A stretch of 64,000 bases of DNA, from NCBI RefSeq assembly GCF_963506605.1, contig NC_083283.1:6758001-6822000 (forward strand), given 5' to 3'. Position numbers and translations under genes: made by a program. Source of the stretch: Zootoca vivipara. Its lineage: Eukaryota. Positions 36,574-49,135 of this stretch are shown piece after piece (position 1 is the stretch's first letter; every line of letters starts with the position of its first letter). A model generated the notes under the pieces. It made no database searches. It had not been told where the DNA came from and saw nothing but the letters and a program-made list of their open reading frames with translations.

Positions 36574-37099
36574 TTATTATTTATACCCCGCCCATCTGGC
36601 CGGGTTCCCCCAGCCACTCTGGGCGGCTTCCAAAAAAACAGAAATTCTAAAATACAGAAATCCATCAAACATTAAAAGCTTCCCTAAACAGGGCTGCCTT
36701 GAGATGCCTTCTAAAGGTGTGGTAATTGTTCTCTTTGACCTCTAGTGGGAGGGCATTCCACAGGGTGGGTGCCACTACCGAGAAGGCCCTCTGCCTGGTT
36801 CCCTGTAACTTGGCTTCTCGTAATGAGGGAACCGCCAGAAGGCCCTCGGAGCTGGACCTCAGTGTCCGGGCAGAACGATGGGGGTGGAGACGCTCCTTCA
36901 GGTATACCGGACCGAGGCCGTTTAGGGCTTTAAAGGTCAACACCAACACTTTGAATTGTGCTCGGAAACGTACTGGGAGCCAATGTAGGTCTTTTAGGAC
37001 CGGTGTTATGTGATCTCGACGGCCGCTCCCAGTCACCAGTCTAGCTGCCGCATTCTGGATTAGTTGTAGTTTCCGGGTCACCTTCAAAGGTAGCCCCAC
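36530..37099 (-). mobile_element. L2 LINE 3' end inserted between the Copia PBS and gag
   Basis: KLQLIQNAAARLVTG..DHITPVLKDLHWLPVRFRAQFKVL peptide; (AAT)n tail. Confidence 0.9.
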
Positions 37100-37186
37100 A
37101 TTAGTTTTTGGAGAAAGGTTTAGAAAGGTTTTTTCCCTCTTTTCTGCTGCAACGGTTTTGTGGGCTGGTGGTTGAAAAGTTCCAGC

Positions 37187-38977
37187 ATGGCAGACCGTAT
37201 TGCTGAGGCTGAGAAGGCTTTAACATTCCCGCAACTAACGGCCGAGAACTACAGCTTATGGTCCTTTCGCATGGAAGCACTTCTGACTTCCCGTGATGTG
37301 TGGAAGTACGTGACCGAGGACCCTCCTGCTGCTCCTGTGACCGAAGCCTGGTCGAAAGGTGATGCTAAAGCAAGGGCATTAATTAACTTGGCTGTTAGTG
37401 ATCAGCAAGTTGTGTACATAAGAAATAAGAAAACTGCCAAAGAAATGTGGGACAGTCTTGCGGCAGTGCATGTTAGAAAGGAGTCAGCGTCTGCCCTAAC
37501 ATTTTTTAAACGCCTGTACCAGACAAAGCTGCAGCCTGGAGGCGACCTGGCAGCACATTTAAGACGTCTGGAGGCGATAGGCGGCGAACTAATTCAAAGA
37601 GACGTAGATATAACTGACATTCAATATGTGTTTATTATTCTTTGTTCTCTTGGTGAAGACTTTGATGCCATAGCTAGCCAGATATCTGCTGTACCTCCAG
37701 CACAATTAACTGTGGAAGGGGTAACAGCAAGATTGATGGGCGAGCTGGACAGAAGGGAGGCTTGTGGGATTAGCACTCCTATTTCTAAAAATAATGAGGA
37801 ACGCCGTATTCAAGTCTGCGGTGATTCATCTGCCTTCAAAACTTCCAAGCATTGCTGGTTTTGTAAAAAGCAGGGGCACCTTGCGAGGGACTGCAAATTT
37901 AAAAAGCAAAATGCTTCAGGGTCCGTTCCAGTTCGTAAATCACAGACAGCAACCCAGCAGTCGGCAGCACATAGTAAAGATGGACGTGAGCCGCGAGCGT
38001 TCCATGTTCGTGAATTAGGTCGTAAAGTAATTAAAGATGACACGTGGAAATCGTTTGTAGTAGATTCCGGGGCGTCAATTCATCTTTGTAATGACCGAAG
38101 TCTGTTTGTTTCTTTCGAAGAGGAAATTGGCACCATTCATCTGGCCAACTCCAACGTTCTACAGTCGCTTGGCAGAGGTACTGTGAAACTTGACTCCTTA
38201 AATATCACAATAGCAAATTGCACTTATTGCCCATCAGTGGACAATTTATTATCAGTAAGTTGCTTTGCACGCCAAGGAGTAACTGTGTGCTTCACAAAAT
38301 CACTATGTGAGTTCTACAAAGGGGGAAAGCGTGTATTGTATGCCAGAGAGTCTGAAGGTTAATATAGACTATATTTTAAAAAGCATTCACAGCCACCTGT
38401 GAACTGTAGAGTAACCCAGCCAAGGCAAGGGTTGAGAAAAAGGCAGGGGCTGAGAAATGTAAAGCCTCACTCCGGATGTATTCATGAGGCGCATAGACTT
38501 TTGGGACATTTAAATTTCACAGATGTGATAAAGACAGAGAAGATTGTTGATGGACTAAACTTGAAGCCATGTAAATGCTATATGCATTGTGTATCTTGTT
38601 GTAAGAATAAGATTAAGGTTGCAAGAAAGGGTAAATGCTCAGGCAGGAAAGTAACAGAGCCATTTGAACGTGTGCATTGTGATTTAGTAGGGCCACTCCC
38701 TCCTTCTTTAGGAAATTCAAAATATTGGCTTACTCTTATTGATCAGTACAGCAGATATTGTTTTGTTTACACCATTGCTGAAAAGTCACAAGCACTTGAG
38801 AAGTACAAGATTTTTTGCAACTGGGTAAAAACCCACTTTAACAAACCTATAAAGCATTTATTTTCTGACAGAGGAGGAGAATTTATTTCTGAGGATTTTT
38901 CACATTTCCTGGAAGCGCAGGGGACTGCTCACGAGTTGTCCTGCCCTAGAAGTCCTTGGCAGAATGGGATTGTAGAA
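37187..38977 (+). pseudogene. Copia gag-pol reading frame with one in-frame stop (38360-38362), truncated in the integrase core
   Basis: ORFs 37160-38362 and 38399-39031 share a frame; EG*YRL corresponds to the usual GLYxL motif. Confidence 0.85.
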
Positions 38978-39505
38978 CCACTGCTGGTTCATGACTGCCA
39001 ATTGACTGTGTCTGCCTCCACCACTGCTTAAAAGAAAGAAGGGCTGAAACTTAAGTATGCCATTACAGCTATTGCTATAATGATTGTAAATAATGATACC
39101 ATGACAAGTTTATGAGCAGTCAAGCAATAAATCACTTGACTGAGTGTTACGGCATCTGTGTTTCTTCTCAAAGTGTAGCTTCAATTGCTGACTACTGCTT
39201 CTCAGAAACTCTGCTAAATGGATGGAAGCGGCTAACAAGTTGGCTACCCACAAGTACACCCATGGAGTGAAAATGTGATGGACTGTGACTTTTCAATAGT
39301 GAGTTAGTGTGTGCTGTTCAGAAAGGACTGGAGTCAGATGCAAAGTACAATGAAATTGAAAGATTTATTTAAATTGCAGCTGAGAAATGATTAAGATAAA
39401 ACTCTGTGATATAAGAATGAAAAGAATACATAAATGAAATGCAAGTGAGCATTGGAGAAATGAAAAAGAACAACAGATAAACAAAAAAGAACAATATAAG
39501 ATGCA

Positions 39506-39556
<51 letters not shown>

Positions 39557-40040
39557 CCATTGTGTCTTCAATTAGTATACCACCCTAAACCTTTAGATAT
39601 CAGGGCAGTTCACAGCCACTGCAGTCAGCGTGAGCAAGGGACTGTGGTCATGGATGTTGCTATGCCAATCCATCATGTCCCACTGCTGTCTAACTTGGAG
39701 TTGTGTTCTTTGTCCAGTCTACTTGTGTGCTTTCTTAAATACTGAGACGTCAATCAACATTATGGCATGGGGAGGTGGTGGGGAGAGAATCTTTAGCCCA
39801 ACCCTTCTAAAAATATAGGGGTGAAGAAGGCTACGCTCAAGTAGTCCTTCTGTCCAAAGCCCATCTCCACAGTCTTGCTCAATCCAAAGCAAATGTTACA
39901 ATACAAAACTCCTAGTTTGAATTTCCTATGTTGGACAATAGATAGAAAGGCATTAAAATAAGTCATTCACACCACAGACTACACTCTGTACATTATTGTG
40001 CTTATGATAATAAAGAATTGGTTAGTCCTGCCTTAAGGCA

Positions 40041-40956
40041 TTAAGTTGCTATCATAACCAAGTTTTCAGTTTTGGATACCGATTCTTCCTCATCCTTGAA
40101 AATCCTCTGGAGTGCAACTTTCATGGAGACCCTGGACTGGCCCTTCTTCTGCCTCCTCCCTACTAGGAAATAGATCACCGGGTTGACACTACAATTCAGA
40201 GAGGCACACACAAAGCCAACTTCCAATAGAATCATATTGTTCTCATTAAAATAGATGGCAGTGTAAATGGCATTTAGTGGGAAGGCAAAGATGAGGAAGA
40301 AAAGAAGGGTAAGCAAAATAGTGGTGAGCAGCTTCCCACGCTGCTTCTGATCTGATTTGCAGCAGACTTTGAGAGTCAGTATCAGAGTGGAGGTGATCAT
40401 CAGAGGAGTGCAAATGAGGGCATTTACAATAAGCTGGTACACTAAGTTAGAGTTTGGAAAGCTCTGAGTCAGTAGGAGAGTAAGGTGAATGCCTGAGAGC
40501 AGGAAAGAGAGGGACCAAATCAGGGCACAGATAATGGTGGATAAACGTGGTGGTCGGTGGCATCGATGCCAAAGTGGGAAGAGGACAGCCACAGACCTGT
40601 CGATGCTGATGGCTGTCAGTAGAAACTGGCCCGCAGAATACGTGAAGAAAAATAGTTCAAATAATACTTTTCTGATCAAAACAGCAACATGGGATTTCTC
40701 ATAGAGAGTTACAATAGGCAAAATAATACTGAGGAGAGCTGCAAGGACACCAAAGTCAGCGATGGAGAGGTTCAGGATGTAGGTGGTGAAAGGATTCCTC
40801 TTAATGTGGAAGCCCAGAAGCCGGATGACCATTCCATTCCCCAGGAAGCCAAAGATGCAGATGATGATAATTATGCTGTTGGCAATGCTTTGTGCTAACT
40901 TCAAAAAAACAGTTGAGCCATCATCTGAATCACCTTTTTTCTTAAAATCTAGTTCC
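40041..40956 (-). CDS. MAS/MRGPR-like GPCR paralogue 2, main 7TM exon (predicted 348 aa long form)
   Basis: Near-identical to paralogue 1; acceptor TCTCTTCCAG at 40957-40958, phase 2; N-terminal ELDFKKKGDSDDG. Confidence 0.9.
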
Positions 40957-42317
40957 CTGGAAGAGATAAAAAGATCTCAGTCAGTACCTGATATGTATTA
41001 ATTTGGATGATGTCTAGGTTCACTTTCATTAACTCTAAAGTCAGCATGGCCTAATCAGTGATCAATCTCATCAGCAAAGAGATAATAGCACTTTCTTCTT
41101 GTCTAAATCGATACCTGAGTCGCTATGGCAGTACACATTTTCCTGGAACCTTCAAAGTAAACTGGTAGCTTTTCCATTTTTACTACTATTGAGTAAATAT
41201 TGACACAAAGTAGATGAAATGTTGAGGTTCAATAGCAAGTTAGGAAATAGCTAGCACTATTCAAGGCTGCATCAACAGAAGTATAGTGGCAGGATTGAGG
41301 GAAATAATAGTACCACTCTATTCTGTCTTGGTCGGACCACATCTGGAATACTGTGTCCAATTCTGGGCACCCCAATTTAAGAAGGATTTTGACAGGCTGG
41401 AACATGTGCAGAGGAGGGCAACCAAGATGATCAAGAGTCAGGAAACCAAGCCTTATGAGGAGCAGTTGAAGGTATGTTTAGCCAGAAAAAGAGGAGACTG
41501 AGAGAAGATATGATAGCCATCTTCAAATATCTTAAGGGCTCTCACATGGAAGAGAATAGGACTCAAACCAATAGCTTCAAGTTGAAGGAGATTCTGACGA
41601 AACATTCCAAAAAACTTTATGACAGTTAGAGCCGTTCAACAGTGGAACAGACTCCCTCATGAGATTATGGACTCCCCTTCATTGGAGGCTTTTAAGCAGA
41701 GGTTGGATGGCCATCTGTCATGGATGCTTTAGCTGAGATTCCTGCATTACCGGGGGTTGGACTAGATGACCCTTGGGGTCCTTCCAAGTTGATCTTATCA
41801 CAAAATAAGGGAACTTTGAGTTTCAAAGCAAGGCAGTATCATACCCCAACTTTCTCAGTTAGGAAATGATTCTCATAACAGGGAAAACATTTTTCCCAGA
41901 GGTTTTCCTGGAAAACTACAAATTCAAAGACATTTCCAAATAAAGAGAAAGCACCATTTTTTTCTTTAATCCAAAATTGTTGGTTTATGTTAATCCAACT
42001 GAATGAAGTGTGTTCATTTTTCGAAACAGCACGAACAATACATTTTTTAAAAAGAAAGTCACACTAACATATTATTAAATATTATATGAAGTTATTTCTT
42101 TTTAATTGAAATTGCTGCAGAAATGTAGAGAATTCAAATCGTGAGAAATTGAGAGAACCGAAAATGGAAATCTCCACCTATCCCTATGGAGACTATAAGA
42201 TGAAGTTATGGTCCTGTATTAATCACATATGCTGTGCCACATCTTTAATCTTAGGTGTGTGTTGAAGTTAATGTATACAGTGCATGAACAAGAAATTATT
42301 GTTTAAAATGCACTTAC

Positions 42318-42328
42318 CACGCTATATA
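42318..42328 (-). CDS. Predicted 11-nt microexon B2 (TAT ATA GCG TG; YIAW)
   Basis: Same flanks as B1: AG-free tract, ATGAAG| ... |GTAAGT. Confidence 0.6.
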
Positions 42329-42566
42329 CTTCATTTTTTTTGAAGAAGAAGACGAGGATTTATGTAAGAGAAAATAAAATTACAATTAGAATCCAGTTAC
42401 AGAGGCTACTTTTGGTTTAATAGATTGGTTGTTTATAGCAACTGAGCAAAGAGGTCAAGGAAAAGAAAGAATGCAAAAATACGGTATTTTAATTTTAATA
42501 AAGTGCATTGCAATTTTACAAAGCAAATATACGTACTGAATAATAGTAGATAACATTGGAGAACAT

Positions 42567-42570
<4 letters not shown>

Positions 42571-42602
<32 letters not shown>

Positions 42603-43048
42603 TATTATTTATACCCCGCCCATCTGGCTGGGTTTCCCCAGCCACTCTGGGCGACTTCCAACAGAAAATTAAAACACAATAATCTATTAAACATTAAAAG
42701 CCTCCCTGAACAGGGCTGCCTTCAGATGTCTTCTAAAAGTCTGGTAGTTGTTTTCCTCTTTGACATCTGTTGGGAGGGCGTTCCACAGGGCAGGCGCCAC
42801 CACCGAGGAGGCCCTCTGCCTAGTTCCCTGCAACTTGGCATCTTGCAACGAGGGAACCGCCAGAAGGCCTTCGGTGCTGGACCTCAGTGTCCGGGCAGAA
42901 TGATGGCGGTGGAGACACTCCTTCAGGTATACTGGACCGAGGCCATTTAGGGCTTTAAAGGTAAGCACCAACACTTTGAATTGTGCTCGGAAACGTACTG
43001 GGAGCCAATGTAGATCTTTCAAGACCAGTGTTATGTGGTCTCGGCGGC
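42571..43048 (-). mobile_element. L2 LINE 3' end
   Basis: DHITLVLKDLHWLPVRFRAQFKVL; (AAT)n tail; empty site at ~33005. Confidence 0.9.
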
Positions 43049-44193
43049 GTGGTGCATGTATGTTGCATGAGATACTCTTACAGTGCATTCAATATGACCT
43101 TAACAGATTGTAGAACTGGGCCCAAACAAAATGAATTTCAATAGGGAGACCAGTTTCAGGTTCTACACTTAGGCAGGAAAAAACCAGTTGCACATATATA
43201 AGATAAGGGAAACCTGTCCCGCCACTAGTACATGTGAAAAGGATCTAGGGGTCTTAGTAGACCAAAAGCTTCACCCCTCAGCCATGTGGTGTAGTAGGAA
43301 AAAGCTACTTCTTTCTAGGCTGTATCAACAGACATATAGTTCCTAATCAAGGGAAGTAATGGGTCCATTCTTTTCTGCCTTGGTCAAACCACACCGGGAA
43401 TACTGTGTCCAGTTCTGGGTGCCACAATTTAAGAATTATATTGAAAAGCTGGAGCCTGTTCAGGGTGTGTGTGTGACCAAGATAATCGGGGGCCTGGAAA
43501 CCAAGCCTTATGAGGAATGGTTGAGGGAGTTTGGCATGTTTAGCCTGGGACAGAGGAGACTCAGAGGAGATAGAGAGGAGAACAGAATTGTGGAACTGTA
43601 GAGTTGAATGAGACCCCAAGGGTCATCTAGTGCAGCACCCTTTAGAAATTAAAGGGCTGTTACATGGAAGATGGAGCCAACTTGTTTTCTCCTGCCTCGG
43701 AGGACAGGACCTGACCCAATGGATTGAAATTGCAAGAAAGAAGATTCCAAATAAATATCAGGAAGAACTTTCTGACAAGAAGAGCTGTTTAACCTTGGCG
43801 TTTTTTAAGGAGAAGTTGGATGAAAATCTACACTGCAGGTGGTTGGACCAGAAGACCCTCAGAGTCCCTTCCAACTCTACAATTCTATGATTCTATGTAT
43901 CTAGAATATATATTTTTCTTTACACATTATCCTTGAATACTTATCTGCTTAACCTTATTTGGTTTTAGGCTTTTAGAATGTTTGGGAGTGTCAATGGCTG
44001 AATTGGACAGACAACCTCTCCATTTTCTCTTCTGCTATAAGTGTGAAGCCCTACCCTAACCCATGAAAAAATGCAGAGAGAAATTGCCACAATATCAGAA
44101 AGTAAGCACCTTAATCACCATCATATAAAAGCAAATGGGGAAGCAATGGAACAAGCAGATCTACAAAGAGAGTTTTTCTGCAAGAGTGCTTAC

Positions 44194-44278
44194 CGGGCTA
44201 CCATTCATTTTGGGAATATCCAAAAAAGAAACAGCTGAGCCATCATCTGAATCAGCTATTTTCTCAAAATATAGTTCC
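44194..44278 (-). CDS. Predicted 85-nt chimeric exon (7TM-exon 5' end fused to ATG-exon 3' end): ELYFEKIADSDDGSAVSFLDIPKMNGSP
   Basis: Acceptor TCTCTTCCAG (44279-44280), donor CCG|GTAAGC (44192-44193); 1+84 nt, no stop. Confidence 0.6.
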
Positions 44279-44685
44279 CTGGAAGAGATAAAAGGATCTC
44301 AGTCAGTACCTGATATGTATTAATATGGATGATGTCTAGGTTCACCTTCATTAACTCTAAAGTCAGCATGGCCCAATCAATGATCAATCTCATCTGCAAA
44401 GAGATAATAGCACTTTCTTCTTGTCTCAATCGATACCTGAGTCGCTATGGCAGTACACATTTTCCTGGAACCTTCAAAGTCAACTGGTAGCTTTTCAATT
44501 TTTACAACTATTGAGTAAATATTGACACATAGTAGATGAAATGTTGAGGTTCAATAGCAAGTTAGGAAATAGCCAACACTATTCAAGGCTCTAGTTACAG
44601 GTAGGTAGCCGTGTTGGTCTGAATCTAAGCAAAATAAAAAAATTCCTTCAGTAGCACCTTAAAGACCAACTAAGTTTTTATTTTG

Positions 44686-44723
44686 GTTTGAGCTTTCGTG
44701 TGCATGCACACTTCTTCAGATAC
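44686..44723 (-). ncRNA. Minimal hammerhead ribozyme motif (minus-strand arm, stem I mismatch)
   Basis: GTAT-CTGAAGA-A-GTGTGCATGCACAC-GAAA-GCTC-AAAC on the minus strand. Confidence 0.5.
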
Positions 44724-44732
44724 ACTGCCGTA

Positions 44733-44768
44733 TATCTGAAGAAGTGTGCATGCACACGAAAGCTCATA
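44733..44768 (+). ncRNA. Minimal hammerhead ribozyme motif (plus-strand arm)
   Basis: TAT-CTGAAGA-A-GTGTGCATGCACAC-GAAA-GCTC-ATA. Confidence 0.6.
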
Positions 44769-45533
44769 CCAAAATAAAAACTTAGTTGGTCTTTAAGGTG
44801 CTACTGAGGGACTGTTCAAGGCTGCATGAACAGAAGTATAGTGGCAGGATTGAGGGAAGTAATAGTACCACTCTATTCTGTCTTGGTCGGACCACATCTG
44901 GAATACTGTGTCCAATTGTGGGGACCCCAATTTAAGAAGGATTTTGACAGGCTGGAACATGTGCAGAGGAGGGCAACCAAGATGATCAAGAGTAAGGAAA
45001 CCAAGTCTTGTGAGGAGCAGTTGAAGGTATGTTTAGCCTGAAAAAGAGGAGACTGAGAGAAGATATGATAGCCATCTTCAAATATCTTAAGGGCTGTCAC
45101 ATGGAAGAGAATAGGACTCAAACCAATCTGTCATGGATGCCTTAGCTGAGATTCCTGCATTACCGGGGGTTGGACTAGATGACCCTTGGGGTCCTTCAGA
45201 GTTGATCTTATCACAAAATAAGGGAACTTTAAGTTTCAAAGCAAGGCAGTATCATACCCCAACATTTTTTTACCCCAACAGGTTTTTCACAACCTCCCCC
45301 CTCCCCTCCAAGACTCCTCAAATTTCTGCAGAAATATAGAGAATTCAACACCTGAGAAATTGAGAGAACCGAAAATGGAAATCTCCACCTATCCCTATGG
45401 AGACTATAAGATGAAGTTATGGTCCTGTTTTAATCACATATGCTGTGCCACATCTTTAATCTTAGGTGTGTGTTGAAGTTAATGTATACAGTGCTAATAC
45501 CGAACAAGAAATTTTTGTTTAAAATGCACTTAC

Positions 45534-45553
45534 CCCATTAGTCCAGTTATAGG
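45534..45553 (-). CDS. Predicted 20-nt microexon B3 (CCT ATA ACT GGA CTA ATG GG; PITGLMG)
   Basis: Same flanks as the other B copies; 9 nt longer, so the phase is preserved. Confidence 0.6.
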
Positions 45554-46633
45554 CTTCATTTTTTGGGGGGAAAAAGAGGATTCATGTAATAGAAAATAAA
45601 ATTACAATTAGAATCCAGTTACAGAGGCTACTTTTGATTTAACAGATTAGTTGTTTATAGCAACTGAGCAAAGAGGTCAAGGAAAAGAAAGAATGCAAAA
45701 ATACGGTATTTTAATTTTAATAAAGTGCATTGCAATTTTACAAACCAAATATACGTACTAAATCATAGAAGATAACATTGGAGAACATTTTATAATAGTG
45801 TGGTGCATGTATGTTGCATGATATACTCTTATAGTGCATTCAATATGACCTTAACAGATTGTAGAACTGGGCCCAAACAAAATGAATTTCAATAGGGACC
45901 AGTTTCAGGTTCTACACAGTTGCACATATATAAGATAAGGGAAACCTGTCTCGCCACTAGTACATGTGAAAAAGATCTGGGGTCTTAGTAGACTTAGTTT
46001 CACCTGTCAGCCATGTGGTGTAGCAGGAAAAAGCTGCTTCTTTCTAGGCTGCATCAACAGACATATAGTTCCTAATCAAGGGAAGTAATAGTTCCATTCT
46101 TTTCTACCTTGGTCAAACCACACCTGTAATACTGTGTCCAGTTCTGGCTGCCACGATTTAAGAATTATATTGAAAAGCTGGAGCCTGTGCAGGGTGTGTG
46201 TGTGACCAAGATAATCGGGGGTCTGGAAACCAAGCCTTATGAGGAATGGTTGAGGGAGTTGGGCATGTTTAGCCAGGGGCAGAGGAGACTCAGAGGAGAT
46301 AGAGAGGAGAACAGAATTGTAGAACTGTAGAGTTGGATGAGACCCCAAGGGTCATCTAGTGCAGCACCTTTTATATTTTAAGGGCTGTTACATGGAAGAT
46401 GGAGCCAACTTGTTTTCTCCTGCCTCGGAGGACAGGACCTGACCCAATGGATTGAAGTTGCAAGAAAGGAGATTCCAAATAAATATCAGAAAGAACTTTC
46501 TGACAAGAAGAGCTGTTTAATCTTGGCATTTTTTAAGGAGAGGTTGGATGAAAATCTACACTGCGGGTGGTTGTACCAGATGTCCATCAGAGTCCCTTCC
46601 AACTCTACAATTCTATGTATCTAGAATATATAC

Positions 46634-46814
46634 TGTATATTCCTGCATATAAGACTACTTTTTAACCCAGGAAAATCTTCTCAAAAGTCGGGGGTCGTCT
46701 TATACACTAGTTCATCTTTCTTATACGGCAATTATATCCCAAACTCTATATTTTAACTGGAAAAGCTGGGGGTCGTCTTATACGCCCAGTCGTCTTATAT
46801 GCCAGAATATACGG
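46634..46814. mobile_element. Tc1/mariner-type MITE
   Basis: TA-CTGTATATTCCTGCATATAAGAC ... GTCTTATATGCCAGAATATACGG-TA; empty site at ~43908. Confidence 0.8.
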
Positions 46815-47104
46815 TATATTTCTTTACACATTATCTTTGAATACTTACCTGCTTAACCTCATTTGGTTTTAGGCTTTTAGAATGTTTGGGAGTGTCAATG
46901 GCTGAATTGGACAGACAACCTCTCCATTTTCTCTTCTACAAGCTGCTATAAGTGTCAAGCCCTACCCTAATTCATGAAAACATGCAGAGAGAAATTGCCA
47001 CGATATCAGAAAGTAAGCACCTAAATCACCATCATATAAAAGCAAATGGGGAAGCAATGGAACAAGCAGATCTACAAAGAGAGTTTTTCTGCAAGAGTGC
47101 TTAC

Positions 47105-47119
47105 CGTGCTATCATTCAT
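47105..47119 (-). CDS. Predicted start-codon exon A4, coding part (MNDST), paralogue 2
   Basis: ATG AAT GAT AGC ACG|GTAAGC. Confidence 0.62.
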
Positions 47120-48119
47120 TATGGGAATATCCAAAAAATAATGAACTGGTCCCCCAAGAAATCAAGCTACAGTTGTAGCTAGAACAGCCTCCAATGCATA
47201 ATAAGCTAGTTAGCAAAGTAATTAAGTGGAAAACGAAAGAGGAAACTGAATCACCAGCTAATCTTGAAATACATTTTGTATTTTGTATTGAAATACAGGA
47301 AGTCGGTGTTAGAGAAAGAAGAATGGAGCTTTTAATGTTTACTGTGCTTGATGCCAGGCTGTGCTGTTGTGGTTCACCCCTTTCCCGCCTCACTTGGCCT
47401 CCGCACTGATGCACCAAATGAGGAGACCCCTGGAGGGAGGGACAGGAAGCTGTGGACAGGGCCTGCCAGAACATGCCTGGGCAGAACAGGGATCCTCATG
47501 GAAGATGGCAGCTGTGCTGGGGCACCTGGTTCACACCCTCTCAAAATTGTGTGCCCCACCTGGGTATAACCTTTCCTTCCTCATGGATAACAAAGTGGAG
47601 TGAGTAACCCATGGGATAGGAAATGGTCTTTCATCTCTAATCCCCCTGGCCCCCAATATGACTATGGATAACTTGTTTGATTGATTAGCTACTTGTTACG
47701 TATGACATATGTTCAGAGGCATGTAGAGGAGTGTTCATAGTGGCAAGTCCAGGTGTAAGAATTTCATCAAATTTCATCTGAAATGAACATTTGAAGAAAA
47801 TGTTGGGGTAGTCCTTTCATGCAAAACATCTAAGCAATAATTGAATTTCATACATCAAGTCTTAAAGATGGTGTGATGCTGTTGATTTTTTCTTTTGCAA
47901 AGGTTCTACCTCATTTTGCTGACAGATTTTCCCTCGGGGAAGCTCCCCTCTCCTTTTTACTGAAGATTCAGTTTCTGCAAGAGCTTGTGTTTTTCAAGAA
48001 GTTTCCTTGATAAGAATTTTGTTACATATGCTTCATTATCAGCTTTCAACCGCAGGAAGTATCTCACCAGTTAATCTGCTGATTTGTGTGCATAGTTGCC
48101 ATGACCACATCTCCTCAAA

Positions 48120-49135
48120 AACTAGCATTGTGTTGTCAAGAGCATTTGTCCTGTAACTGCATGCATTTTGGGGTGTGTATCGGAGTGCAGAATCAGCAAT
48201 ATGGTTTATTCCTCTCACCCCCAAATAGTAGATTCAGTGGTACCTCTGGTTAAGAACTTAATTCGTTCCGGAGGTCCGTTCTTATCCTGATACCGTTCTT
48301 AACCTGAGGTACCACTTTAACTAATGGGGCCTCCCGCTGCCGCCGTGCTGCCGCCGCGCAATTTCTATTCTCATCCCGAGGTAAAGTTCTTAACCCAAGG
48401 TACTACTTCCAGGTTAGTGGAGTCTGTAACCTGAAGTGTTAGTGGACAATGGCACTTGTGGTTTTTTGTGTGATAATGGTGGCCCATCCACTTGAAATTC
48501 TGCTGCTCCCTCACTGATGTCACTTAGATATAAGCTAAAAACAGTTTTTTCATAGACTTTTGGAGATAGTGGCTAACACTCAGCAGGCCTAGCATTGTGT
48601 TGTCAAGAGCATTTGTCCTGTAACTGCATGCATTTTTGGGGTGTGTATCAGAGTGCAGAATCAATAACATGGTTTGTTCCCCTCACCCCCAAATAGTAGA
48701 TACAGTGGTACCTCAGGTTTAGAACGTAATTTGTTCCGGAGGTCCGTTCTTTCCCTGAAACCGTTCTTAACCTGTGGTAACACTTTAGCTAATGGGGCCT
48801 CTCGCTGCCACCGTGCATCTGGCACACGATTTCTGTTCTCATCCTGAGGTAAAGTTCTTAACCTGAGGTACTTCTTCCAGGTCAGTGGAGTCTGTAACCC
48901 GAAGTGTTTGTAACCCGAGGTGTTTTTAAACTGATGTACCAGTGTACTCCAATCTGAAATCTCTGGCTGGGTCTTTTATCTGGAAAATGGCACTTGTGAC
49001 ATTTTTGTGTGATGATGGTGGCCCAGCCACGTGAAATTCTGCTGCTCCCTGCACTGATGTCACTTAGATATCAGCTAAAAACAGATTTTTCCATAGACTT
49101 TTGGAGATACCGTAGTTGTTAACACTCAGCAGGCC
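48120..49135. repeat. Local ~470-540 bp tandem duplication containing a Tigger-type MITE (partial at 48235, full at 48703-48945)
   Basis: CTAGCATTGTGTTGTCAAGAG...ACACTCAGCAGGCCT occurs twice; it is single copy at 35312-35785. Confidence 0.8.

Larger units (their letters stand above)
36124..38977 (+). mobile_element. 3'-truncated Ty1/Copia LTR retrotransposon (5' LTR, PBS, gag-protease-integrase)
   Basis: LTR 36124-36476 (TG...CA); PBS GGTTATGGGCCCAG at 36481; gag NYSLWSFRMEALL, CWFCKKQGHLARDC knuckle, protease DSGAS, HRLLGH..CVSC, integrase VHCDLVGP/SDRGGEF/QNGIVE. Integrase follows protease directly (Copia order). Empty site at ~49475. Confidence 0.93.
44591..44810. mobile_element. Penelope-like inverted terminal-repeat insertion
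   Basis: ~78-bp inverted arms around a ~10-nt spacer; 13-bp TSD ACT(A/G)TTCAAGGCT; empty sites at ~31135 and ~41262. Confidence 0.85.

Noticed and set aside
36479-39571. Poly-Ile, poly-Asn, poly-Leu and HTHT ORFs
   Set aside because: Translations of (AAT)n and (CA)n microsatellites.
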